Shown piece after piece: positions 53,123-61,821 of a stretch of 64,000 bases of DNA. The stretch is from the NCBI GenBank assembly GCA_963765765.1, contig CAVXYC010000015.1:192001-256000 (forward strand). Direction: 5' to 3'. The notes below the pieces were generated by a model, which had not been told where the DNA came from, did no database searches, and was given only the letters and a program-made list of their open reading frames with translations. Both the position numbers and the translations under genes were made by a program. How positions within the stretch are numbered: position 1 is the first letter of the stretch; each line of letters opens with the position of its first letter. The DNA is from an uncultured Chloroflexia bacterium (GTDB taxonomy: Bacteria > Chloroflexota > UBA6077 > JACCZL01).

Positions 53123-53929
53123 GTGGATTACATGGCCCGGGCGATTATGCTCGCCATGCGCGCAAAGGGAATTTGTAAGCCGAACCCTGCTGTCGGCGCT
53201 GTTGTCGTGCGCGACGGTCAGATCGTTGGCCAGGGGTTCACTCAGCCAGCCGGCCATGCGCACGCCGAGATTGGCGCGCTCAGGGAAGCTGGAGACCTGG
53301 CTCGAGACGCGGCGCTGTACGTCACGCTGGAGCCCTGCTCCCATCACGGTCGCACTGGTCCTTGCACCGACGCCATCGTCGCGGCCGGCGTTGGCGAAGT
53401 CCACGCGGCGATGATCGACCCTAGCCCGTGGGTCAACGGCCGTGGACTCGGCATACTCAAAGCGGCGGGAATCCAGGTCACCGTTGGCGAAGGTGCTGGA
53501 GCGGCCAGGGAGCTCAACCAAGGCTATTTCACCTGGGTCGAGCGCGGGCGTCCCCTCGTCACTGGAATTTACGACGGTCCTTCGGAGCGGGCACATGCGC
53601 TCGCTGAGGATCGGCACCTGCAGGTCATCGTTGCCGACACGCTTGAGTTGCTCAGTGATGAAGCAGATCGCCTGGTTCTGGATCGATCCGAGTCAGTAGC
53701 CGACACGACGAGCTGGGTGCGCGCACTCGAGTCGCTGGCGGGTCAGAATATCCAGCACGTTATCGTGGACACCGGGGCTGACACGCTCGAAGCGCTCATG
53801 AATCAGGGACTTGTAGACCGTATTGTGCTGCTTCCGCGCCTGAGTGCCGAAGACTCGTATGACGAGCCAGGAGAGGTTCTGGCGGCAATCACATTGAACG
53901 GCTTGGTGGCATGTTCAGCGGCATCGTAG
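53123..53929 (+). CDS. ribD: RibD: intact deaminase domain, shortened/degenerate reductase domain
   Basis: PNPAVGAV, HAE, VTLEPCSHHGRTGPC. RBS ggagg before GTG 53123. Confidence 0.85.
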   Translation: MDYMARAIMLAMRAKGICKPNPAVGAVVVRDGQIVGQGFTQPAGHAHAEIGALREAGDLARDAALYVTLEPCSHHGRTGPCTDAIVAAGVGEVHAAMIDPSPWVNGRGLGILKAAGIQVTVGEGAGAARELNQGYFTWVERGRPLVTGIYDGPSERAHALAEDRHLQVIVADTLELLSDEADRLVLDRSESVADTTSWVRALESLAGQNIQHVIVDTGADTLEALMNQGLVDRIVLLPRLSAEDSYDEPGEVLAAITLNGLVACSAAS

Positions 53930-54516
53930 AGACCACGGGCTGCCTGCGTGACATTCGTGAGGACGTCGCCGGAGTGACATTTGTCATTGAAGCCCCGTCA
54001 ATCCTGGATGATTTAAATCTGGGTGACAGCGTAAGTGTTGATGGGGTGTGTCTGACTGCCACCGAGCTGACCGTTGACCGATTCGCGGTGGGCGTTTCAC
54101 CGGAGACATTACGCCGCAGCAATCTGGGTGACCGGCGCGTCGGCGATGCTCTCAATCTTGAGCGAGCGGTACTGGTGGGTGCCCGGATCGGCGGTCATTA
54201 CGTCCAGGGACACGTGGATCAAATTGGGATGATTCGTGAACGCACAAATGACGGTCCGGCGCTCAACCTCGTTATCTCCGTGGACCCGATTCTGCTTCCC
54301 TACATCGTTGAAAAAGGATTCATTGCCATCGATGGCATCAGTTTGACGGTTACTGCCCGCGGATCGGACTGGTTCTCGATCATGCTTATTCCGTTCACGC
54401 AGCAGGCGGTCACACTCGCATCTAAGCCGGTTGGCGCGAGCGTCAACCTTGAGGTTGACGTAATGGCGAAATACGTTGAAAGCCTGTTGGAGGGACGATT
54501 TGACCGAAAAAACTAA
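53911..54516 (+). CDS. ribE: Riboflavin synthase (alpha chain)
   Basis: [40 protein letters not shown]. Confidence 0.95.
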   Translation: MFSGIVETTGCLRDIREDVAGVTFVIEAPSILDDLNLGDSVSVDGVCLTATELTVDRFAVGVSPETLRRSNLGDRRVGDALNLERAVLVGARIGGHYVQGHVDQIGMIRERTNDGPALNLVISVDPILLPYIVEKGFIAIDGISLTVTARGSDWFSIMLIPFTQQAVTLASKPVGASVNLEVDVMAKYVESLLEGRFDRKN

Positions 54517-55747
54517 CGGCACACGACCAGCGTCAGAACTGGAGTCCCCCCTGGCTACTATCGAGCAGGCCATCGAGGATTTCCAGGCCGGGAAATTTGT
54601 GATTATCGTGGACGACGAGGATCGCGAAAACGAGGGCGATCTCGCGATCGCTGCCGAGTTCTGCACGTCTGATGCGATCAACTTTATGGCGCGCCACGGC
54701 TGCGGGCTTATCTGTATGCCTATCGTCGGTGAGCGGCTGGATGCACTCCAGATTCCTCTCATGGTTTCGTCCGAGGGTCCGAACAAATCAACCGCCTTCA
54801 CCGTGACCGTCGATGCGCGCAAGGGCATCACCACTGGAATCTCCGCTGATGATCGAGCTGTCACGGTCCAGGCGCTGATTGATCCTCAGGCAACACCGGA
54901 TGACTTTCTGCGTCCAGGACACATGTTTCCGCTTCGGTACACGGAGGGAGGCGTGCTACGCCGCACGGGGCACACCGAGGCATCTGTAGATCTCGCCAAG
55001 TTAGCAGGACTCTATCCAGCCGCGGTCATCTGCGAAGTGATGAACGAAAACGGTAGCATGGCGCGGTTTCCACACCTGGCCGAGTTCGCTCGTCAGCACG
55101 CGATCACGATGGTCAACGTGGCCCAGCTCGTGGAGTATCGGCGACGCACTGAAGCTCAGGTTGAGCGCGTCGCCGATGCGGAGCTCCCAACTGAGTTTGG
55201 TGATTTCCGTTGCGTCGCATACCGCTCGATCGACAGCGGTGACGAGCACATCGCGCTCATTAAGGGTGACCCTTCAAAGGAGGACGCTCCCCTGGTGCGC
55301 ATTCACTCCGAATGCCTCACAGGCGATGTGTTCCGTTCTAAGCGATGTGATTGCGGAGACCAGCTCCATGCGGCCATGCAGATGATCAACGACGCAGGCT
55401 CCGGGGTGGTGGTGTACCTAAGAGCGCACGAAGGTCGGGGAATCGGACTGGTCAACAAGATTCGGGCCTACAAGCTCCAGGAATCGGGCATGGATACCGT
55501 CGAGGCCAATCTTCATCTCGGATTTCCCGCGGACGCACGCGATTTCGGCATTGGGGCGTCAATTCTTGCCGATCTGGGCGTTCGTCGAGCGCGCCTTTTG
55601 ACCAACAATCCCAAGAAGCGCAATTCGGTTGAAGGCCCCAGCCTTGAAATCGTGGAGCGCGTGTCGCTTATCACTGCACGCAATGGCCACAATGAGCGAT
55701 ATCTCCGTAGTAAGCAGGAGAAGCTCGGCCATCTTCTCGAGGTCTGA
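54500..55747 (+). CDS. ribBA: Bifunctional DHBP synthase / GTP cyclohydrolase II
   Basis: [50 protein letters not shown]. Confidence 0.95.
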   Translation: MTEKTNGTRPASELESPLATIEQAIEDFQAGKFVIIVDDEDRENEGDLAIAAEFCTSDAINFMARHGCGLICMPIVGERLDALQIPLMVSSEGPNKSTAFTVTVDARKGITTGISADDRAVTVQALIDPQATPDDFLRPGHMFPLRYTEGGVLRRTGHTEASVDLAKLAGLYPAAVICEVMNENGSMARFPHLAEFARQHAITMVNVAQLVEYRRRTEAQVERVADAELPTEFGDFRCVAYRSIDSGDEHIALIKGDPSKEDAPLVRIHSECLTGDVFRSKRCDCGDQLHAAMQMINDAGSGVVVYLRAHEGRGIGLVNKIRAYKLQESGMDTVEANLHLGFPADARDFGIGASILADLGVRRARLLTNNPKKRNSVEGPSLEIVERVSLITARNGHNERYLRSKQEKLGHLLEV

Positions 55748-55750
55748 AGC

Positions 55751-56235
55751 ATGGGCCGCGTGTTTGAAGGGGATCTCGTCGCTCGGAGCGGACGCTTCGG
55801 CATTGTTGTAGCGCGCTTCAATGAAGCAATCACGACGGCACTTCTAGACGGAGCGCGCGCTGGACTGGTTCGGCACGGTGTGTCCGAAGAATCAATCGAC
55901 GTTGCCTGGGTCCCGGGCTCGCTCGAGATTCCACTCGCGGCCTCACGACTCGCGCTGCGAGGAGACTACGCCGCTGTGATCTGCCTTGGCGCAATCATAC
56001 GTGGTGAGACTGCGCATTTTGACTACGTCGCCGCGGGCGCCGCTCAGGGAATCAATCGTGTTGCGCTTGATACAGGTGTACCCATGATCTTCGGTGTCCT
56101 GACGACGGACACGGTGGAGCAGGCCTCTGCTCGAGCCGGTGGAAGCTGGGCAACAAAGGCTACGAGGCTGCTGAGACCGCACTGGAGATGTGCAACTTGC
56201 TTCGCTCCCTGGCGCCGCAGCCCGTCCAGGCCTGA
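55751..56235 (+). CDS. ribH: 6,7-dimethyl-8-ribityllumazine synthase, frameshift near 56146
   Basis: [38 protein letters not shown]...EM is in the shifted frame. Confidence 0.93.
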
Positions 56236-56355
56236 TTCGGACAGCGGTAAGCTAACTTAGGTCTTGTCCGGCCACGTCCTCGGCATGACAGTGATGACCT
56301 GATACCAGCTATGTTGATGGATCCGAGGGTGAGCACGGGGATGCATAGCGGATTC

Positions 56356-56980
56356 TCACCCCTGCTCCACCCTTTCTCCAAGCCGACGTTCCGACCCTGA
56401 CGCAATTCTGGCGATGTTGTCTCGATGGCTCACGATGATGAATGCCGCCGCCGCGGCCCCGTAGAGTAGATACGGCGTCGGCTCGATACCGGTCAGCGCG
56501 AGGATGCACAACACAACGCCGCCGGTCGCTGCGCCAACAATGGACCCCAGCGAGACATAACGGGTCAGCAGAATCATTACGGCGCCTATGGCAACGGCAA
56601 TCGCGGCTGCCGCGGGGGAAATGATAGCCAGGGCTCCAAGTGCAGGGGTGACCCCGCGTCCACCTCGGAAGCCGATGAAGATTGAGTAGCTGTGGCCGAC
56701 GATCGCCGCGATGGCAGCCAGCGATGCCGCCAGGGGATCCCCGTTAGTCAGAACCCCGGACACCAGAACGGCGATGATTCCCTTGAGCGCGTCGCCGATA
56801 AAAACTATCGCCGCGGCTCCTGGCCCCAGCGTGCGAAGTACGTTGGTGGCACCGGTTCTCTGACTGCCGACTCGCGTGATGTCCACGTTTTTGTACACTC
56901 GCGCAACGACGAGGCCGGTGGGGAATGGAGCCGAGCAGGTACCCAATCACGGCCGACACAATTACGAGGACAATGGACAT
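56356..56980 (-). CDS. plsY: Glycerol-3-phosphate acyltransferase, frameshift near 56921
   Basis: GYLLGSIP / TG..GS..TGATNVLR, DALKG, GH.YSIF.GFRGGRGV, HRDNI.R...G.ER. Confidence 0.93.
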
Positions 56981-57042
56981 GGTCAACGCTCCACGAGCGG
57001 GCGCATTATAACGCAGTGATCCATTGAGGGAGCTTCTGGTTC

Positions 57043-58035
57043 ATGGCAAGAGTCGCGGTCATCAATGCCGGCGGCTGGGGGACGGCGCTGGCAATCTCGT
57101 TGGCCACCAGCGGGCACGACACGCGACTCTGGGCGCGCCGTGAAGGGCAGGCACTGGACCTCCGAGCTCACCGCCAGAATCGTGCCTACCTTCCAGGCGT
57201 TGCTATTCCGGATTCTGTCACGATCACGTCCGGGCTCGAGCAGGCGCTCGATCGTGCCGACCTTGTGCTCGTCGTGCCAGTGTCTCGATTTTTGCCTGAT
57301 TTAGCGACACAGCTAGCGCCGCTCATTCGCCCCGGCACGCCGGTCATACACGGCACCAAGGGGTTGGACGCCAGCACGCTCCAGCGTCCGTCTGAGATCA
57401 TGACGCAATCGCTCCAGGGCGCTTGTCCGGTTGGCATGCTCTCAGGACCCACGCATGCCGAAGAGGTTGGTCGAGGCATCCCTACCGCGGCCGTGGTGGC
57501 ATGCGAGGACCCGGAGGTCGCGGCGGTGGGCCAGGCGATCCTCAATAGCGATCGGTTCCGTGTTTACACCAACACCGATCTTCTAGGCGTGGAGATGTGC
57601 GCGGCGCTCAAGAATGTCTACGCCATCGCTGCCGGTGGCATTGATGGCCTGGGATATGGCGACAACGCTAAGGCGGCGCTGATAACGCGATGCATCGCTG
57701 AGCTGAACCGTCTCGTTGTTGCTATGGGCGGTAAGGCTAGTACCGTGGCGGGTTTGGCTGGCCTGGGCGATCTGGTGGCCACGTGCACCAGCCGTCACAG
57801 TCGAAATCGCCGTGCCGGTGAACAGCTTGGCCATGGCGTAAGCATGCAAGAGATTCTGATGACGACAGACCAGGCGGTTGAAGGCGTGTTTGCCGCCCGC
57901 GCTGTGAAGTTACTCACCGAACGGCTAGGCGTGGAGATGCCGGTGGCTAAAGAGGTGCACGCGGTCCTCTATCTAGGGAAGTCACCACGTGAGGTTATCA
58001 ATCAGCTTATGGCGCGAGCAGCCACTCAGGAGTAA
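57043..58035 (+). CDS. gpsA: NAD(P)H-dependent glycerol-3-phosphate dehydrogenase
   Basis: AGGWGTALA, TKG, LSGPTHAEEV, ALKNV, GLGDLVATCTS.HSRN. Confidence 0.95.
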   Translation: MARVAVINAGGWGTALAISLATSGHDTRLWARREGQALDLRAHRQNRAYLPGVAIPDSVTITSGLEQALDRADLVLVVPVSRFLPDLATQLAPLIRPGTPVIHGTKGLDASTLQRPSEIMTQSLQGACPVGMLSGPTHAEEVGRGIPTAAVVACEDPEVAAVGQAILNSDRFRVYTNTDLLGVEMCAALKNVYAIAAGGIDGLGYGDNAKAALITRCIAELNRLVVAMGGKASTVAGLAGLGDLVATCTSRHSRNRRAGEQLGHGVSMQEILMTTDQAVEGVFAARAVKLLTERLGVEMPVAKEVHAVLYLGKSPREVINQLMARAATQE

Positions 58036-58056
58036 CCTGCTCCCTGCTAGAGACCC

Positions 58057-59046
58057 TCAGTCGTGGGTGAAGATCTTACGTACGAGACTCAGTCCGTCGC
58101 GGCGGATGCTCTCGATAACCTCAGGTGACGGACGTCGCCCCTCACGATAGTAATAGTGGGCCATCTGGCCCACGACGTACGTGCCAACGTACGCCACAAA
58201 CGTCTTGGGAACGGCACTGAGCGCACCTGGCAGTAGCGTGACCAGAGTCCGAGCGGCGGTGCGCCAGAGAAACGCTCCGCCCACGACGGGAGCGATCTCA
58301 AGCAACACGGCCGTCCGATTCGAGAGATCGCGTCCGTAGATTCCGGCGATTCGGAAGGTGAGGGTAACCTGATTCTTCGTCAGTATGAAAAGATCAGCAA
58401 CGCTCGAGACGATCCCGCCAACCACCGGAATCAATGACGGCAAACTAGAGAAAAGCGCGAATTCGCCATTCACCTTGCTGGAATCTCGAACGATGTCCTC
58501 CACGAGCCGAGCACGAAGCGGAGCGAATCGGAAAGCGAGGGGCGCAAGCTTGTGTCGATCAAGGGTAGCCAGTGCGTCACCGAGTCGGTGCAGCAGCTCT
58601 CCGGTGCGAGCCAGGCTGGCGGTCACTTGCCGCTTTTGGGGAATGTCAAGCTGCCATTGTGACGCCAACGGGCTGGACCAGCCGCTGCCCGTGTTCGGCT
58701 GCAGCATGACGATGATTGTAGGAACGGCATAAGCATGGAGCGCCGCGAGGAGGTTCAGATCGGTGGAGCCCGGCTCTTGTGCCGCCGGCACGACCAGGAG
58801 AGCCACGTCGAGCCCTGGCGGAATAATCGGACGTGCACCCTCGGCGAGTTCGAGCAACTCGAGAGTGCCGATTGCTTGCAGCAGCTCCGGCGAGCCGAAT
58901 GCCGTGCGCGTGAGCTCGCGGTTACTCATGTCGTCCCGACCGGCCACGAGAACCCGAATCGGCTGTGTGACTTCTCGCTCAATGGTGTTGAAATCGAGCT
59001 CGCGGGCCGCATCGATGACGTCGCGGCCGACCTGAACAATGCTCAT
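58057..59046 (-). CDS. Hypothetical protein with DUF697-like C-terminal helices
   Basis: Long ORF. The C-terminal DLFILTKNQ...IAGIYG...GGAFLWRTAAR...AYVGTYVVG resembles DUF697/YcjF-like proteins; the family call is tentative. Confidence 0.6.
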   Translation of the reverse strand: MSIVQVGRDVIDAARELDFNTIEREVTQPIRVLVAGRDDMSNRELTRTAFGSPELLQAIGTLELLELAEGARPIIPPGLDVALLVVPAAQEPGSTDLNLLAALHAYAVPTIIVMLQPNTGSGWSSPLASQWQLDIPQKRQVTASLARTGELLHRLGDALATLDRHKLAPLAFRFAPLRARLVEDIVRDSSKVNGEFALFSSLPSLIPVVGGIVSSVADLFILTKNQVTLTFRIAGIYGRDLSNRTAVLLEIAPVVGGAFLWRTAARTLVTLLPGALSAVPKTFVAYVGTYVVGQMAHYYYREGRRPSPEVIESIRRDGLSLVRKIFTHD

Positions 59047-59199
59047 GTGTAGATTGTACCCAGGCCGGGCGACGTATGGTCGTTCGATAACGTACCGCTG
59101 GCGGATCGTTGACACTGCCGTGGAGCCAACGCTACACTGCTTGACGTCCGACGAGCAGGTCAAAAAAGGCTGTGGAGCGGTTCGTTCTCAGGACGATAC

Positions 59200-59487
59200 C
59201 TAGCGCGGTTTCAGTGCTCGCTGCCGGGACGATATTCCACGGTGGATTGCCGTAAGCTCGACTGAGTCAGTTCTCATTTTGCGCTCGTCCTGGGCGTTAT
59301 TAAGGCTGTCGTCCGGCCCATACTTCTCATCCTAGCGATACCTTTCAACTTACTAACCCGTGCTCTATTCACGATCGTCAACAACGTCAGCATGTTGTGG
59401 CAACCTACTCTACTATCCGCGGGCGTTCAGATCGAGGGCTTCACGGGAGCTCTGATTGGCTCTATCTCCGTTACCGTGGTGAGCTAA
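59200..59487 (+). pseudogene. Decayed YvlD-like 4-TM (phage holin family) gene
   Basis: From 59281: ALVLGVIKAVVRPILLILAIPFNLLTRALFTIVNNVSMLW...IEGFTGALIGS...VVS*. No intact start; 5' boundary approximate. Confidence 0.65.
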
Positions 59488-59523
59488 GTTGACAGTAATC
59501 TGGCACGGTAGCGGGCACGACTG

Positions 59524-60840
59524 ATGCTGCATCGCGTATTCCAGGCGTTTCGCCTGTTGCTCACGCCTGGCCTCGAGCTCAAGAGGTGGATACTCTTATT
59601 CACCCTGGGGCTGGTGATCCTGAGCCTCGGCCTGGCATATCTCTTCGTTTCGCTCTATCGCACGGTCGACGTGCCGGAGGTGGGCGCAACTCTGACGTTG
59701 CAATTCATCCCACGCTGGCTTCGCGGTGTAATCTTCATCACCTGCGGCGTGCTGGTCGCGCTCGTAGGGTTCTGGAAACTGAACAAGTCGATGCTCGACG
59801 CTATGCGTCCCAACGGAAGCCAGAGTCTGGTTGATACGCTGGTCAGCTATCGCATGCGTCAGCGCGGACCCAAGGTCGTCGCTATTGGCGGCGGTACTGG
59901 ACTCTCAACCTTATTGCGTGGCATCAAGTCGCGCACAGCAAATGCAACGGCCATCGTGACCGTGGCGGACGATGGTGGCTCATCGGGACGCCTCCGTCGC
60001 GAGCTGGGCGTGCTTCCGCCGGGCGACTTTCGCAACTGCATCGTTGCTCTCGCAGACGCGGAGCCGCTCATGTCACGTCTCTTTCAGTACCGCTTCGGTC
60101 AGGGCTCCGGGCTTGACGGTCATAGCTTTGGGAATCTCTTCATCGTGGCCATGTCCGGTATCACCGGTAATTTTGAGGAAGCCATTCGTGAGTCATGCCG
60201 CGTCCTGGCGGTCCGTGGTCAAATCATCCCGAGCACGCTCGAAAACGTCACCCTCTGTGCTGAGCTAGTGGACGATGTTCACGTGCAGGGAGAGTCCAAG
60301 ATCTCGGAGAGCACTCAGGCCATCAAGCGCGTGTACCTCATTCCCGAACGCCCTGATGCATTTCCAGACGCGGTTAAGTCGATCCTGGACGCTGACATTG
60401 TCATCGTTGGTCCTGGGAGCCTCTATACCAGCGTGCTGCCGAATCTGCTGGTGGACGGTGTGAAGAAGGCCATTCTGTCCACCGACGCCACCAAGGTGTA
60501 CGTGTGCAACGTGGCGACACAGCGTGGTGAGACGGACGGTTTCCAGGCGGAAGACCACGTGGCCGCCCTGGTGCGGCATTTCGGTCGTAACCCGTTTGAC
60601 TACATCGTGGTTAACAGCGCCCGTCATCGAGAGATTCCATCGGAATGGCGCGTCTCCGAAGTCTCAGCGCACGGGTTCGATGGCCTCGGATCGCAGGTCA
60701 TCGAGGCCGATGTTATCGATCCGAATAATCCGCTCAGACATGACCCTGAGAAGCTCGCCGCGGCACTATTGTCGCTCGCGCACCCCGGAGCTGAGCCTTA
60801 CGCCAACGGCGTTTCAGTAGTTGGAAGCTCAAAGGACTAG
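59524..60840 (+). CDS. yvcK: YvcK/GlmR family UDP-GlcNAc-binding protein with N-terminal TM extension
   Basis: IGGGTGLSTLLRG, VADDGGSSGRLR, PPGDFRNC, GHSFGNL, GPGSLYTS, RHDP. Confidence 0.92.
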   Translation: MLHRVFQAFRLLLTPGLELKRWILLFTLGLVILSLGLAYLFVSLYRTVDVPEVGATLTLQFIPRWLRGVIFITCGVLVALVGFWKLNKSMLDAMRPNGSQSLVDTLVSYRMRQRGPKVVAIGGGTGLSTLLRGIKSRTANATAIVTVADDGGSSGRLRRELGVLPPGDFRNCIVALADAEPLMSRLFQYRFGQGSGLDGHSFGNLFIVAMSGITGNFEEAIRESCRVLAVRGQIIPSTLENVTLCAELVDDVHVQGESKISESTQAIKRVYLIPERPDAFPDAVKSILDADIVIVGPGSLYTSVLPNLLVDGVKKAILSTDATKVYVCNVATQRGETDGFQAEDHVAALVRHFGRNPFDYIVVNSARHREIPSEWRVSEVSAHGFDGLGSQVIEADVIDPNNPLRHDPEKLAAALLSLAHPGAEPYANGVSVVGSSKD

Positions 60841-60887
60841 CGCACGACTGTGTTAGACTTCCATCGCTAGGAACAATCGAAGTAACT

Positions 60888-61106
60888 ATGGCCACGTACC
60901 TTCACATCGTTCAGATTCTGATCTCGCTTGTGCTCATCACGTTAGTGCTTTTGCAGACGCGCGGATCCAGCTTTTCAGCCACATTCACGTCGGACAGCTC
61001 CATCTACCACAGCCGCCGTGGTGTCGAGCGAACGCTCTTTCATTTCACCATTGGGGTGGCAATCTTCTTCGTGCTGATCTCGATCGTGAGCGCGTTGGCG
61101 ACGTAG
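60888..61106 (+). CDS. secG: Preprotein translocase subunit SecG
   Basis: Two TM helices with LVLLQ.RGS...RRGVERTL. Confidence 0.85.
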   Translation: MATYLHIVQILISLVLITLVLLQTRGSSFSATFTSDSSIYHSRRGVERTLFHFTIGVAIFFVLISIVSALAT

Positions 61107-61245
61107 TTCCAGACCGCTAAGTTTCGGCAGTCATCAAGGCCATGGCAGCTCAGTCGTGGCCTGATTCATTTAGCGAGCCTGGAGAGGGCGCTCCGCGCCC
61201 ATTTGCTCCACTGCGCATTTCGCAATGCAGTGTAGAATCGGCGAC

Positions 61246-61791
61246 ATGGTGGCCTGGCTGCGGGGTAATTGGTCCGGCCTGAGCGTCGGTTTGATGATTG
61301 CTGCGCTCGTGTTGATTGCTTCCTGGTTCTGGCGTGCTCCGCCAACACCGGTGACCGTCATCGTTCCTACACTGGCGCCAAGTCCCACTGCCAGTGTCAC
61401 CGTCCAGGTCGCCGGTGCTGTGCGAGAGCCTGGCGTTTACGTGATGCCATCGAGCGCACGCGTCACTGATGCGCTCCAGCGGGCGGGCGGAGTGGCGGAA
61501 GGTGGCGATCCCAGCTCATTCAATTTGGCAGCCCGGGTCGCGGATGGACAGCGCATCATGGTGCCTCTTGCCGGTGAAGCCCGGGCAAGCATGCCGGGTA
61601 GGATCGATCTAAACAGGGCGAGCCGCCCCGAGCTCGAATCACTTCCAGGAATCGGACCCGCAACCGCCCAGCGCATTCTCGAGCTGCGTGAGCGCAGCGG
61701 TCCGATACGATCTCTGGACCAGTTGCGCGAGCTCAGAATCATTCCGAACCAAACGGCTGAGCGACTTCGTGAGCTCGTGACCGTGGACTAA
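61246..61791 (+). CDS. comEA: Competence DNA-binding protein ComEA
   Basis: N-terminal TM, SLBB domain (VAGAVREPGVY, NLAARVADG), HhH domain (IDLNRAS..ELESLPGIGP). Confidence 0.9.
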   Translation: MVAWLRGNWSGLSVGLMIAALVLIASWFWRAPPTPVTVIVPTLAPSPTASVTVQVAGAVREPGVYVMPSSARVTDALQRAGGVAEGGDPSSFNLAARVADGQRIMVPLAGEARASMPGRIDLNRASRPELESLPGIGPATAQRILELRERSGPIRSLDQLRELRIIPNQTAERLRELVTVD

Positions 61792-61821
61792 CGGCGCGTG
61801 ACTTCCGCGGGATAGACGTCC

